DNA from: Octopus sinensis
Lineage: Eukaryota
NCBI RefSeq assembly: GCF_006345805.1
Contig: NC_043000.1
Coordinates: forward strand, 10,664,001-10,728,000
DNA: 64,000 bases
Direction of reading: 5' to 3'
Below are positions 49,150-62,920 of the stretch, in pieces. Below the pieces are notes generated by a model. That model ran no database searches, was not told the DNA's origin, and saw only the letters and a program-made list of their open reading frames with translations. Each line of letters starts with the position of its first letter. Within the stretch, counting starts at the first letter, position 1. Both the position numbers and the translations under genes were made by a program.

Positions 49150-49435
49150 AAGGCACATGGCTCAGTGGTTTGAGTGTCAGACTCACAATCATGAGGTAGT
49201 GAATTCGACCCCCAGACTGGGCTGTGTGTTGTCTTCTTGAGCAAGGCACTTTATTTCATATTGCTCAAATTCACTCGGCTGTAGAAATGAGTTGCAACGC
49301 CACTGGTGCCAAGCTGTATCAGCCTTCGCCTTTCCCTTGGATAACATTGCCTGGACTTGTGCTTTGGAGGGGAATTTTCTAGGTGCAATCCCATAGTCAC
49401 TCATGACAAGAGAGATCTTTACCCTTTATCCTTTT
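49150..49435 (+). mobile_element. tRNA-derived SINE (family E)
   Basis: Head ggcacatggctcagtggtttgagtg...gaattcgacccc followed by cttgagcaaggcacttta. Confidence 0.65.
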
Positions 49436-49726
49436 AACTATATTAATGTGGTTAGATAATATGAATAGTTATTGTGTATTAAATGGAAGAGTATTGCTAG
49501 CTTTTATTTATATGGATCTTGATGGAGATGGATCTGAGAAAAGTTAGTTTGATCAATTAAAATATGAAGCCTTATAGATAACAAAGATGTTAATTCAGAA
49601 ATTATATCGACTTTGGAGTGATTGAAGCTAATCCACTTTGAAAATATTTCTAACTGCTGTGTTTTTAAGATTTGTTGTTCTATTTAGATGAGTTGTTAAT
49701 AATCGTTTACAATTTTCTCCCAATAG

Positions 49727-49847
49727 GCGCTGCTTTTACTGATTCAGCTCACTAAAGGCAATGCAAATATTCAGAAGATTGTTGCTTTTGAGAATGCTTT
49801 TGAGAGATTGCTGGATATTATCAGAGAAGAAGGAAATAGTGATGGAG
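49727..49847 (+). CDS. USO1: USO1/p115 coding exon 7
   Basis: ctcccaatag|ALLLLIQLTKGNANIQKIVAFENAFERLLDIIREEGNSDG-G|gtttgt; IQKIVAFENAF signature. Confidence 0.97.
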
Positions 49848-50291
49848 GTTTGTGCTCGTCTCTTCACTGTTCAATTCATATATTATTGTATTTCTATTCA
49901 TTAATATATTCTCAAATATTTTAGTTCATTGAAAAAGTGGGATTTAAAAATTATCAAATTATTTAAACCATAAATGCATAGCAAATAATGTGTTATTTTG
50001 AAAGTAAATGGTATTAACATTGTACATCTATATAGCTGTTGTATATAATACAAAATATGGTTTGTGGATATATATTTTCACCTTCCCACAAGTAGTTGAC
50101 TGAGTCCAGTTTGAGTGGCATGAATGATATTTTATGAGGTTGTACAGAAATGTCAGCTCCATAAGCATAAAGTGAATGTCCCTCAACCCACTTGCTTGAC
50201 AACCAGGTGTTGGTTTGTTTATGTCCTTATAACTTAGCACTTCAGTAAAAGACACCAGTTGAATAAGTTCAAGATTAAAAACAAAGTAATA

Positions 50292-50807
50292 TACCATAAA
50301 TCCTCGAGTATAGTCCACCCTTGAGTATAATACGCAGGAGATTTTTAGGGGGCTGTACCTCTGGAAAACCTAAACCTTTTGTATAATACACACCCCTTCT
50401 CTAACTTGAGTCAAGGAGGTCTATATAACGTCCTTGGTTTGTAAAAATGTATAGAGTAATGTCCTTTATTATTATTGTACATATAACATAATGCAAACAT
50501 GTAGTTTTTGTGTGAATTTTGTTTGCAGAAAATAAAGAAATAACAGTAATAATGTTTAATAAATGTTGCTTACTGCAAGTTATGGATGATCCTTTTGTGA
50601 CTTCATTGCTTTCAGGCTTAGCTTAAGGTATTTTCGCGCCCGACATCACAAAATGCATCTGAATAAACATTGCCGGACAGAAAATAGAGACTTGGACATT
50701 GCTTAGAAAATATTTTTCATTTTTAACTTCGTATATTGTACGCAATTGAAATTTTGACCTTTAAATTTTTTGGGGAAAATGCAGATTACACTCGAGGATT
50801 TATGGTA
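50292..50807. mobile_element. Tc1/pogo-type non-autonomous DNA transposon
   Basis: TA|ccataaatcctcgagt ... actcgaggatttatgg|TA terminal inverted repeats. Confidence 0.8.
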
Positions 50808-51042
50808 TATGTGTTTGATTTCTTTGACTAAAATACTTCAAAGTGATGCCCCAGCATGATTACAGTCCTATGAATGAAACATGTAAAAGATAATAGAGCT
50901 GCCACTGACAAGTATTGGTTTTGATACTTTTTTTTACCCTAACTTAGACCCCCATGGGATCTACATTATAATCATATATTTATCATTTATTTTTACCGCA
51001 TTCTGTGAATTTTGAATTGCTGCCTATCACTATCAATTTCAG

Positions 51043-51227
51043 GTATTGTTGTGGAAGACTGTCTGTTACTGATGCTGAACCTAATGAAGACTAACACATC
51101 AAACCAGAATTTTTTCAAGGAAGGAAGTTACATTCAAAAACTGACCCCATATTTTCAACTTGAATCTTCTTCTCAGTCAGCTGGTTGGTCAGCCCAGAAA
51201 GTTACCAACATCCATCTTATGTTTCAA
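51043..51227 (+). CDS. USO1: USO1/p115 coding exon 8 (last exon found in the window)
   Basis: aatttcag|(G)IVVEDCLLLMLNLMKTNTSNQNFFKEGSYIQKLTPYFQLESSSQSAGWSAQKVTNIHLMFQ|gtgagt; exons 1-8 sum to 879 nt in frame. Confidence 0.97.
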
Positions 51228-54200
51228 GTGAGTGTGCTAAATGTATATCTGCTTATAGCAGTTGCTGTTAAGTCAGAACTTTGGTGAATCTTTTTATCCT
51301 GCTTTCTCTACTTGAACTTGATGTACTGAGAGAATTTAACAATGCTTTCTAGGAATATGTGCTGTCATGTTGTGATATTAGGCAATCTGATTGAGTCCTA
51401 TAAAGCATATTGTGATTAGTGAGTGCTGGACTACTCTGCTAAACATTTTGAACTTGAACCTACAACTGACAAAACTATCATTTTTTTAAATCTCTATGGT
51501 TGGAAGTAAGTTATTAGAAACAAATGATATCAATTGCAAAACATTTTCCCAACAATTCTATACAGTTAATACTAAGTGTATTCTCTTAGTGTAGATATTA
51601 CCAAAGCAATATATCAACATACATAGCTGGCATATCTGTTTATGTTTCAGTTACCATTAAGTATTGTTTAATTCCATCAATTACATTTTTGTTCAAATTA
51701 CATGAAGCATGTTATTTATCTTTTTTTTTCCTCAGTCCTTAATATCATTTTTATATTTTATTCATGCATGTCTCATTTTTGTTATTTGTTCATTTTTAGG
51801 TTGTATTTTCTTCTTTATTGTTGATTCTGATAACTGAAATTTACTAGAATGTTCTTTATTTCATGTATCTTATCATTACGATAGTTAAACTCTAAACTCT
51901 AACTATTGAGGAATTTCATTGTAATTTTCAATTTTCTTGAACAAAATTTTTAAAAATTCTCATTGAATTATTGACTTGAAGAATAATTTGTTTCTGAATT
52001 CTTGGGATTATTATTATATTACTGACATGACAAAAAATATATTTATAAAAAGATAATGGCCAAAATTTAATTACTTAATTTCATTCAACAAACATAGACT
52101 CATAATGTTACTTCAAATAATAAAATGTTTACCTCAAGGATATTCTGAGCTTATATACAATAAGTTTCAATTCAATTGTTTCGAAAATATAGGTAATTAT
52201 GATTGTATCTACATTAGATATATTTCTACTTAATTTTTAGAATGAATATATGTAATGTAAGTGATGTTTTAAAAGTAAAGTATTTCTACTTTTTTATGAA
52301 ATGAGATTGAATTGAACAAAACACCACCATACAGTCTAGGTGTATAATAACAAATTATTAAATACCTCACTATTTCTTATCAAAAAAAAATTAACATTTC
52401 TTGCTTTGGCTATCTCACAAACAGTTGTGGACAATTGCTTAAAGAATTTTGTTTATGACTGTTATCATCAACAAAAGAAGAATGCAACAGTTGTTTCCTT
52501 TTTCAACATGAATGCTCCTTTCCACACTCAGTTATCATCTTCTCAACAATCCTCCCTGTTGTCATTATTAATTGTTTCCAAAAGTTTGTTGTGCACATTT
52601 TTGTTTTTTTTTTTTTAGTTTTGATTTGTTTATCCACTTCTCTGTACTTGTAAGTCACCTGCATTAACAATGATATATTCTTAAGTAACAGACTTACTGA
52701 ATAATTTAGTTGTACTTTACATATTATATTACTCCCCCACTTGATGTGTTTTTAAAGATAATTTCTACTAGCATATCATAAATTAGAGTACCACTATAAA
52801 ATCCATATTAAAATATATTTTCAACCATTTTATTTAGGCAAAAAATAAAATTTTTAGGTTTTATAAATTTTGTCAAATTCAACAAGATATATTCAACAGA
52901 TTCTTACAATAGTACTTTAGCTCGTTTAGGGTTTGTTTTCCTCAAGACTACCGTGAAGCAGTCACTATAGATACTCTATGAAAATCATATATTTACATTC
53001 AAGTAACAGGCACTTGATGTGGGATATTTCAGTCCTGTCCTCACCTTGGAGATTACTGAAAGATTGCAGAAGTGCACTCTGTACCGTTATGATTTATTCT
53101 GTTCTTCAGTTTTATATGCTAGGTTTATATATCAACCAATCTACTGAGTTTAATATTACTGGCATTTGCTTTTCTGTATTGTCTTTAGCTTAGTAGAAAC
53201 AATAAATGTTGATTCCAAATGAAGCATGAAGCTTTATAAGAAGGAATTCATTTAAAATATAATTTTAGCTGAGGTTTTTTTTGTGGAGGGTAGTATACTA
53301 AAGCAGAAGAGTTTTAAAACTCCTGAATTTTAGCTGTTTAAACAACTAATTGTACAGTGTCAATTAGTTAATACAATCAGAGTACATGAAAGGGATTTAC
53401 TTAGAATAATATATTATTTATACAGTACTCACTTTCTTGATCTTCCTTAAATTAGTCATTTATTCCTTTTATTTTAAATGTAACCTACTGTGCTTTTGTT
53501 TCTCTATTATAGGTAGTTACTATTATTTTATGGCCCTTATTCATTTTGCTTTCCATCTTCCTTTGTGTCAGTCCTTTCAGTAAATTTAATCTATCTTTGA
53601 CACTGCAACATCTGGTAGACCAACTGCTTTTGGTATTTGATTTTACTGTTCAAGTTTCATATAGTACAACATACAGTTAGCACAAGAGTAAATATTCTGT
53701 CTTCTAACTATTATGAATTACAATGTGACTACTGACTTGATGGCACTGCAATCTTAGAAGTTAGTTCTGACTTTAGCTAATGTTACTATACTTCTTGTAC
53801 AAACATTAGGTGCATTGCAAATGTAATAGTATTGAGTTCATTATTAGCTATTCTGTCTTCACTTCAGTACTTTTTGTTTTAGATTCCTGTATTGTAGTTC
53901 TAGTAACTGTTTCATTTGACCCCTTGAACTTGATACAAACCTAAACTGCATGACATCTAAATTCTGTCCTACACTAACTTAGCAATTATTATCTCCACTA
54001 CAAGTACTGTCTATTCTTTACAGTTCTCTGTAGTTTTTTTTTCTTCAATTGCATCTGCTTTGAAAAACTTTGCTGTCATGACAGTTATCTCAGATAACAT
54101 TCACATATCAAAATAACTAGTTTTATTCTTATTCACCCTTAAGTTTCTAACATCTCTGCTATCTAAGAGAATTATAGCTTTTCAACTTCCAGCTTTATAA

Positions 54201-56439
54201 CTGCTTCTGGCTCTAATGTTTGTTGAGCCTTCAAAGAAAACTCTATCTCTCTCTCTCTTCAATTACTTTAATTATCTATGCTCATTTTCCCAATACTAGC
54301 AAAGATGGGTTGGATTATTTTTTATTTGAGTAATTGATTTCTTGCTGGATGTTCTTGCTACATACCATTCAACAATGGAGTAGTGAGTGAAACCTATGTC
54401 CATTATCTAAGGTAAATTAGAACAAGCTTTGTTCAGAGGCTCACTACAATAACTGCTATATGGTTTGAACTTAGCACTATGTATGTAGTTAATAAGATAA
54501 ACAGTAGGATCTGAGGAAAGTAATAATGGTCTACATTTTGTAATTATTGAGTGTAAGCACTTAATAAGTATAATAGTCCAACATCTTAACTTTGCAGGCA
54601 TTGTATTTCACAATGCTTTTCACATCTCTGGTCATTCTGTAATACCATTGATTTTAAAGCTGACCTAATTTACCATTGTTTTACTATGGTAGATAACTCA
54701 AGAAATATAATTATGCTGCAAAAAGTATAGCAAATTAGCAGTAGTGACTACCTACTATAGTAACTGTCTACTTGGGTGGGAATTATGATATTATGCCTGT
54801 AGCCATTATCAATTTATTTATTTTATTTTCTTCTATAATTAATTTTTGTGTACAATTGCATCATTTGATATAGTTTTCCAATGGACTTATCACAGGTTCA
54901 TTACATTTCTAATGCCAAGAGAGTGACAAACAAAGGGAGTGTCTGTGTATGTAGTTCAGGTGGACTAAATATCACAGGTTATTTTTGTTTGACACAAAAT
55001 TCAGATTATTGACAATTGATGTATATATGTGTGTGTGTGTACACACACACATCAGTCTTTTTTTGCACAGTTTCTGTATACCAAATATCACTCACAAAGC
55101 ATTGGTCAACCTAAGGCTATCATAAAAGATTCTTGCCCAAGGTGCCGTACAATAGAATCAAACCCTTCTTAAACACACAATCATGTCTACCACACTAAAT
55201 TACATGCACACCTAAACTATATCAGGACTGATCTAATCAGTCATTAAGATGTCTCTTCAGCTCCTAATCCCTGGTAACATATGTGCAGTTCATATTTTTT
55301 CCTCTAACAACAGGTATATATTTGATATATTTGTACCAATATAACACTGATATTTGCTAACACATTAAAGAATGAAGTTACCTAATCTATTCCTTATTAA
55401 ATTGAATAAATAATTTCAGTTCTGAGAGAAAAAATCCTCTAACTAAAAAGATCCAGCACATCAAATTTAGATTATTTCATCTGTTGAGATGATGTAATTC
55501 CCTTTTTTTTCTTTCTACTTTCTCTTTAACCTTATAAAACCAATCATTTCTCTGCTGTGATGAAGAATTCATTGATGAAACGTAAACATGATAATGTAAT
55601 AATAATAATAATAATAAAATATAGTTTTACAAATACTTATTTCTTAAATAGTATTATTATTAGTTATTATAATTTCTTTTACTTGATTCAGTCATCATAA
55701 CCAATTAAGAACTTTCTTACTTAATTGTTCCAACCCAAAGTAAATAAATTATTCTTAGATATAAATATATATAGAATGAATATATTTAAAGCCAAATGGT
55801 GACCACCCACTAAAATAATTTGTCACCTGTCTGCAGCTACTCGCTTGCTTTATCTAGCTATCACTGGAACACATTTTTTGTCTCTCTTCAAATTCTTGAG
55901 AATCTGCTTGGTGATGATGCATGTGGCTACTTTTGCCCCTCCCATGTATGTGTCTATATGTACCAACTTCCTTTCCTACCAAATTCTGACAAGTTCCAGC
56001 ACACTACATGCATACATAGGGTATTTTGGTAATATCGGGCTAACTTGTGATAAATTAACTGTACACTCAGTGCAAAACACTGTTTCATAATTTGTACAGT
56101 TAATGTATCACACCAGCAAGAGGAACCTTCATTGCTATAATATATAATGATTTAAATTTTTGGTAATGTCTTTATTTCTCATCTTTCATTCTACCTTCTC
56201 TCTTATTTATTACTTTCTGGTCTCATCCACTCTAATTTTGTTTGATTAAACATTTATTAGTTATAAACTATATAATTTTAACTTCAATGATGGTTTTAAA
56301 AGATTCATCTTGATAACCTTATCACAATCTCATATCATCAAATTTGGCCTGACTCTCCATTGCATTTTGATTTGCAGTTTTCTCTACAGTAAATCACTGA
56401 GATCACTTCTGACCCACAACAACATGATTGGAAATAATA

Positions 56440-56565
56440 TATGTGTGTGTATATATATATATGTGTATATATATGTGTGTATATATATTTATATATGTGT
56501 GTATATATATATATATATGTATGTATATATATATATGTGTATATATACACACATATATATATATC
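56440..56565. repeat. Compound (TA)n/(TG)n microsatellite
   Basis: Directly visible; source of spurious YI/IY-repeat ORFs. Confidence 0.9.
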
Positions 56566-59500
56566 TGGTGTTTGAGATCAGTTAGAATGTGTTGCTGAAT
56601 AAAATTAAATGTCATAAAGCATGCTATATTATTGTTCATCTAAAGTGTTATCCAATTAAGTAAAAATACCATCAAAAAATACCTTCATTAACCTTTATCA
56701 TTTCTATCTCTATCATTGCTTTTCATTTATCCTTCTATCTACCATTCTCTTCTCTTTAGCGACTTCTCTCAATAGTTAGTCATTATTTGTCTATTCTTTA
56801 AAACTGAACTTCCACATTTCCAAATTATTGTTGCTATATTTTATTTTTGTTTGCTGTTATCTAATAACCATCTTGTTTCATTTCTCTTTTGACTAATCAC
56901 ACAAGTAAAATCTTTGTTCCCCTGTTTCATTTTTTACCACTTGTTCAGCAGCTTTGGATGCACTCCTTAAAACTGCACATGCTGTCGGTTATTATTGTAC
57001 ACATTTCTTCTTCATGGTAACAAGCGTCAGTGTATTTAATCAAGTATCTTTGATACGTAGCAATAACCACATAGATTTTCAATGTGTATTGTTTTATAAC
57101 AAAAAAACAAACAAACGGCGAATGGATTTTTAAAACAATTACTGCAGCAATAAAAATAAATATATTTTTTAATTTTAAGTTTTGTCATTAACTACTTTTA
57201 TTCTGCTGAACTAAATCCAGATTAAGTTGCCTATTTTTACTGTCCATGTTAGTGTTGTCTATTTTTACTTAGGAACTTAATATCTCATGCATCATGATTT
57301 TTTTTTTTTTTAACCCATGGCTTTTATTATTCTTGAAGATTAATCTCTGCTGTGGACAAATGTTCCATAGATATAGAAAAATGGTAACATAGACATCAGG
57401 AATAAGTTAATAAATTTTGCATCACACTATATTTAAGCAGACTTCCAGTGATGTATGTATTCATTATTCATTTTGTATTCTATCAATGGAAGATCACATG
57501 TGTGGTTTGCCTTTCTTAAGTCTTGTAATATCAACTTCTTCACTCCCTTTATTTTTTTGCTACTTTGACAGTTGTTTTACACTTTATTCTCTTTGTATTC
57601 ATTCTATGTCTGCCCTCTTCTCTTTCTCTCTGTCTCACCTTAATCATTTGTGCTTCACTTGCCTTTTGCTCTCTAATTTATTACCTTCTTGTTAAGCACC
57701 AGTATTTTTTTATTCTATATATACATAATTAAAATACTGTTATTACAATGTTTACCACTCAATCTTGGTTCCTGGAACTGAAATAACTATCACAATTGTG
57801 ACAAATATCAGTGCCAGAGTAATATTTCAAAATCAAAATTTCCTCATAATACAAGGAATGCAGTATTTTTTTGGTAGACATCTGTAAATTATGAAGATTA
57901 GAAAAATAGAAATAATCTTAAAATACATAAAGATTGTACTCCAATTGTCTGGACATTTTCAGTGCCTTTGTTTAGGTATAAGTGGTTGTGTGTGTGTGTG
58001 TGTGTGTGTTGTGTGTGCAACAAAACCTCCTTAAACTAGAAACCCTAAAATAAGTATTGCCCTAGCCATAATTAGAATCCCAATGAAGGTTAGTTATGCA
58101 AAATCAACGTATTTTATAATACAAACAACAAAAGTACCATAAACCAAAAAAGTCTTTAACAGGCTTATTCCTACAAGAATGAAAGACAATATACAACAAC
58201 AGATCTCAAGATATAAAAGATTCACAGACAAGTAAAACAAATATATATTCCCATCATCAGCTGCCTAACAGCTATCATTATGGTTTCAACACTTGGGCTG
58301 TACCATTTAATCTGATAGTGTCCAGATATATTACATGTGTATTTGTGTGGATAGAGGTAACTGTCAATGACTTCACTGCAGTTGTGTCAATCAAGTTGTA
58401 GCAATTACAAATAGAATGGTGAAAAACATTTCTTAGTTCTAAAGTTATGACGTGTAATTTCTAAATTTTTTCTGGTTGCTTTTTCATGATCTTGTAATCA
58501 TTTGTTATAGTTATGCCAATTATTAGAAGACTTACATGTTTTTTCATGCAAAACTAGAATTGAGCTATTTGCATGTGTGATTCTATGCAACAAATACTCC
58601 TTAAACTAGAAACCTTAAAATGAGTATTGCTTCAGCTATAATTAGAATCCCAATGAAGGACAATCATGCAATATCATAGAACCTGGGTAAGCTCTCTGGC
58701 TTGTCTGTTCTTGTCAAACCATTTAGCCCATGCCAGCATGGAAAAAAGGACAAGGCTGGTGCCACGTAAAAAATACCCAATACACTCTGTAAAGTGGTTG
58801 GCATTTGGAAGGGAATCCAGCTGTAGAAACCATGCCAAAATAGACTATGGAACTTGGTGCATCCCTTGGCCTTACCAGCTCCTGTCAAGCCATCCAACCC
58901 ATGCCAGCATGGAAAACGGATATTGCTGATGATGGTGATATATATTCGTGATATTGCTAGATAATCATTAAACCCACAAAAGGTTCATCTGTCCTTTCGA
59001 CAGGTCTTGTTATTAGTCCTGCTGAGTTTCTAGCTACCCTTCTCTGCAGTTAAGCTTAATGGTGGTGCTAGTTTTGTAGCCAATGATCCAACCTCTTTGA
59101 CATAAAAAGATGCAACCTGGATCAGTAATACACATGCAAGGAAAATTACACAGGGTACCTCTCACATGAATAGTTAATAGTAAATTGGGTTCTAATGTAT
59201 TTGATATAGTAAACTCATTAAAATATTTCATTAAAATTAGACCCTTAGTGATGAGAAATATTAATTATCATCTTGATGACTAATTTGATTAAAAAAAACA
59301 AAAACAGGGGAGACAACTTCAAACTCTTAATCAGTTAATGTTTCATATTCTTTCTAATTTTGGCTCCATGCCAACAATTTTGATGGGAAAGTTGATTACA
59401 TGGGCCTCAGTATTTGATTGATATTAATTTTGTTGACCCAGATATGCAGAATTGACCTCGGCAGAATTTAAACTCAAAATGTAAAGAGCTAGAGCAAATG

Positions 59501-60204
59501 TTGCTAAACATTTTATTTGACATGCTCACCACCTTAAACTCAGAACATAAAGAGCCAGAAGCAATGCTACTTTGCATTTTGTCCAATGCACCTCTTGTTA
59601 ATATTAAATATGGAACACAGAAATTAATCTGATCTTGCAGTATGGTGACAGAGGTCAATTTTGCCCTACATTCTTTCAGTGTTGATAAAAATGTACTAAT
59701 CGCAGGCAGTAGACTGGAACTGTAAGGATGGTCCACTGGATGCTTTGTGGTATTTGTTCCAGTTTTTTTTGGATTCTAAGTTCAAATCCCTCCATGGCCT
59801 ACTTAGATACTAGGCTTAACACATCACCCTGTTTAACATCACTGCCTGAGATATCTTAGGTTTTTTATAACAGAGTATGTTCTGTTGCACGCATTTGGAC
59901 AAGGTTTCTGGTTTGAGGATATTTTTCTCTCTCCTTCTGACCTGTTTTGGAGGCCTTCTTTCCTGATTAAAATATTTGAAATAATCTGGACATATTTCAG
60001 TTTTATTAGATCTCTAATTATGTTTAAATGATTAAAGTTTATCTCTTTTTTTTTATATTTGAATTGGTTTTGTGGATAATTATTGTTGTCATCAATAAAA
60101 CTGTGATTTAAGTTAATTAAAGTTTCTTGGTGTACTATATCAAGTATGTTAGGGCCCACTTTAGTATGCATGTGTCTATGTGTGTATATATAGTTGGAAT
60201 TATA

Positions 60205-61110
60205 GAAAAACAAAAGATGAAGACAGGTGTATAAACAGCAAACGGGTGTATTAGTTTAATGCTCAGGAAGGTGAGAAAGTCTTTTACGTTTCAAGCCTAT
60301 GCTCTTCAACAGATAGGAACATGAGAAAATAAACAGAGGGAAAATAAAAAAAAAGCTTTAGGGGATGTACAGAGAAGGACAGAAAGAGCAGGAGATGCAG
60401 TGAATGACATTGCTAGAAGTGAATGTAAAGGAGTTGATGATATGATAGGGATGATGATAGTTGCCTGTGAGGATGGTGGTGCTGAAGAGGTAGGGGCAAG
60501 TGTGACAGCGTGGGTGGGAGCAGGGAAACAAACCAGGTTGGGGGTGGGGTTAGGGAAGAAAACTGTGGACCAGGAGATCGCATAGGTTGTGGGCTTGTTT
60601 GAAGGAGGGGGTGTAAGTTGGGGAAGATATGTGAAGTGGAGGGGTCGAACTGAAGTCACTGGAAGGCTCAGAGAATTGTGCGTTGGAGAGGCAGGCTGGA
60701 GGGGTGATAGGTGAGGGGAAACGGGAGATGGGTAACAGTGGGGCGGGTGCAGGGAGAGAGAGCAGAAGCACGGTCCACAGAATGTGTTCTGGCAAGGGCT
60801 GTGTGGATAGTGGTAAGGAGATATCTGTGAAGGATAAAGTGGTGAGCCATGAGTTGAGACTGAGTTTCAAAGTCATGGTTGTCACTGCAGAGCCTGCACA
60901 GATGGAGGAATTGGAAGTAGGGGATGGAGAGTTTGGTGTGGGTAGGGTGGGAGGAGGAGAAGTTGAGGTATGAGTCTGCGTCAGTGTGTTTGTAGTATGG
61001 AGGTGATGAGAGTGAAATATCGAGAAAGGCAACAGAAGTGTTGGAAATGGTGCGGGAGAATTCAGGAAAAGTCATCTTTTCAGTCTCCTGTATCACAATG
61101 TCTTAATTGT
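60205..61110 (-). mobile_element. Decayed, internally deleted Penelope-like retroelement (RT thumb, Cys-rich linker, start of GIY-YIG, 3' terminal repeat)
   Basis: SVAFLDISL...YKHTDADSYLNFSSSHPTHTKLSIPYFQFLHLCRLCS; then across frameshift/stop PSFKQAHNLCDLLVHS*..GLFPCSHPRCHTC...FTFTSSNVIHCISCSFCPSLYI, truncated at the YIG motif and joined to the terminal repeat 60205-60350. Confidence 0.85.
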
Positions 61111-61559
61111 GAAACTAATGAGGGAACATTTTATAATCACTTGATCTGTTAAAAATTGTAGCTAAATTCTCTTTCATCTTTAACAAAGAAGAATGTATTA
61201 GGTAGTGTTTTTCTGGAGGTATTCAAAAATGGGGTGGTACTGGTTGAAACATCTGTGATGATAAGTCAGCTCAGTCAGGACTGATGTGGGGTTCTTCAGT
61301 AACAGGTCTTATTATACTCTGAACATGTATGACAACAGATTCATTGTATTATCTAAAGTGACGCCAGTATTATAGTGTAAGTTTCAATAGAATCTTTGTT
61401 GATGTATTTTAGAGTGAATTTATCTCAGTTTTCTAATTTTTGTCTCTTCTCTACTATCATCTGAACATTGTCTGTTGTGTTTTGTTACTTGTTTCCAAAC
61501 ATAATTTTATTATCTTTTGTTTTCATTATCTCCACTTGGTCTTAAATCTTTTTGATTAT

Positions 61560-61575
61560 CTCTCTCTCTCTCTCT

Positions 61576-61639
<64 letters not shown>

Positions 61640-61665
61640 CATCATCATCATCATCATCGTCGTTT
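61560..61665. repeat. (TC)n-(TA)n-(CAT)n compound microsatellite
   Basis: Directly visible. Confidence 0.9.
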
Positions 61666-61918
61666 AACGTCCGTTCTCCATGCTAGCATGGGTTGGACGG
61701 TTCGACCGGGGTTCTGGGAAGCCAGAAGGCTGCACCAGGCTCCAGTCTAATTTGGCAATGTTTCTACAGCTGGATGCCCTTCCTAACGCCAACCACTCCG
61801 TGAGTGTAGTGGGTGCTTTTTACGTGCCACCTGCACAGGTGCCAGGCGGGGCTGGCAACGGCCACGGTCAGATTGGTGTATTTTATGTGCCACCGGCACG
61901 GAAGCCAGTCGAGGCGGT
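61639..61918 (-). mobile_element. Young family-C SINE
   Basis: Consensus-like body with CAT tail. Confidence 0.85.
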
Positions 61919-61938
61919 GCATATATATATATATGCAT

Positions 61939-62083
61939 TTGTTAAATAGGACAACAAACGTTAAGGCAAGGCAAACATCTCGAGCCATACATTATTATTG
62001 GTTAAAAAAAATTTTTCCAATAATAATAATGTGTATGACTTGAGATGTTTACCTTGCCTTACGTTTGTTGTCCCCTTTAACAA
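61939..62083. repeat. Imperfect ~145-bp hairpin element
   Basis: ttgttaaataggacaacaaacgttaaggcaaggcaaacatctcgagccatacattattatt mirrored by aataataatgtgtatgacttgagatgtttaccttgccttacgtttgttgtcccctttaacaa. Confidence 0.8.
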
Positions 62084-62513
62084 TTATATATCTGCTGCAT
62101 TGGAAATCTGCAATGGCTCCATAACTACCATCTCAGCTATAACCTTGGAGCCCTAGTAATATGTTACAACACTTACCTAGCATACCTAATTGTTCAGGTC
62201 ACCTGTAAACTTAACCCCCATACTTTGTGTGTGTGTGTGTGTGTATACATACATACATACATATACACACCTGATAGATTTTTTATTGTTCAAATTTTCA
62301 TGTTCAATAAGATTCAGTATATAATTTAATTGCTTATGTTTCTGTTGTGTCAGTCTTGAATGAGAGAAATTTTGTTACACCCACCTCTCTTTCTCTCTCT
62401 CTCTTTCTCTCTTATTTAAAGAAATGTGCCATATAATTAAAAATGCTAATAATGATATTTCATTTTTGTAAATGGTTTGTAAGATTCTTGATGTAAACTC
62501 ATGTATACAAACA

Positions 62514-62920
62514 TATTTTGCTGCATCTTGAGTCATTATGCCAATAATAAACACATACACTGGTTCTCTTTAACTTCATTATTTTTTTTATTTATCAATT
62601 GGCTAAGCATTTAACTAATTGATTGTTTGATTAATCGTTTGATCACTCAGTCAGCTAAGTCTGTCAGAGTGCTTTCATCATCATTCATCACCATCAAGGA
62701 GACATGCAGACCAGGAGTAGAGAGGGCATGTCATTGATAAGGTCATGAATAGCAACAAAAGGACGTTGACAAACCTAGAGGATTGATTAATTGCCTGAGC
62801 AATTAATTTAACAATCAATTAGTTAATTGGTTAAATGGCTAATTGGTTAAATTAAAGAAGTGAAATAGAACCTATGCATGTGTTTATTGGCATAATGAAC
62901 TTCCCATGATGCAACAAAAT
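62514..62920. repeat. Old degenerate fold-back element (~400 bp)
   Basis: ttttgctgcatc..cattatgccaataataaacacat mirrored by atgtgtttattggcataatg..gatgcaacaaaa; inner ttaactaattgattgtt / aacaatcaattagttaa; centre gacatgc..gcatgtc. Confidence 0.7.

Noticed and set aside
56310-56639. Overlapping 70-91-aa ORFs rich in YI/IY (similar at 16094-16524, 26164-26613, 30039-30236)
   Set aside because: Translations of (TA)n/(TG)n microsatellites and SINEs
59839-60213. 124-aa minus ORF
   Set aside because: Low-complexity AT-rich (N/I/K) translation without domain or splice support
60306-61152. Cluster of long Pro/Ser- or Gly-rich ORFs as a host gene
   Set aside because: Alternative frames and strands of the decayed Penelope-like element
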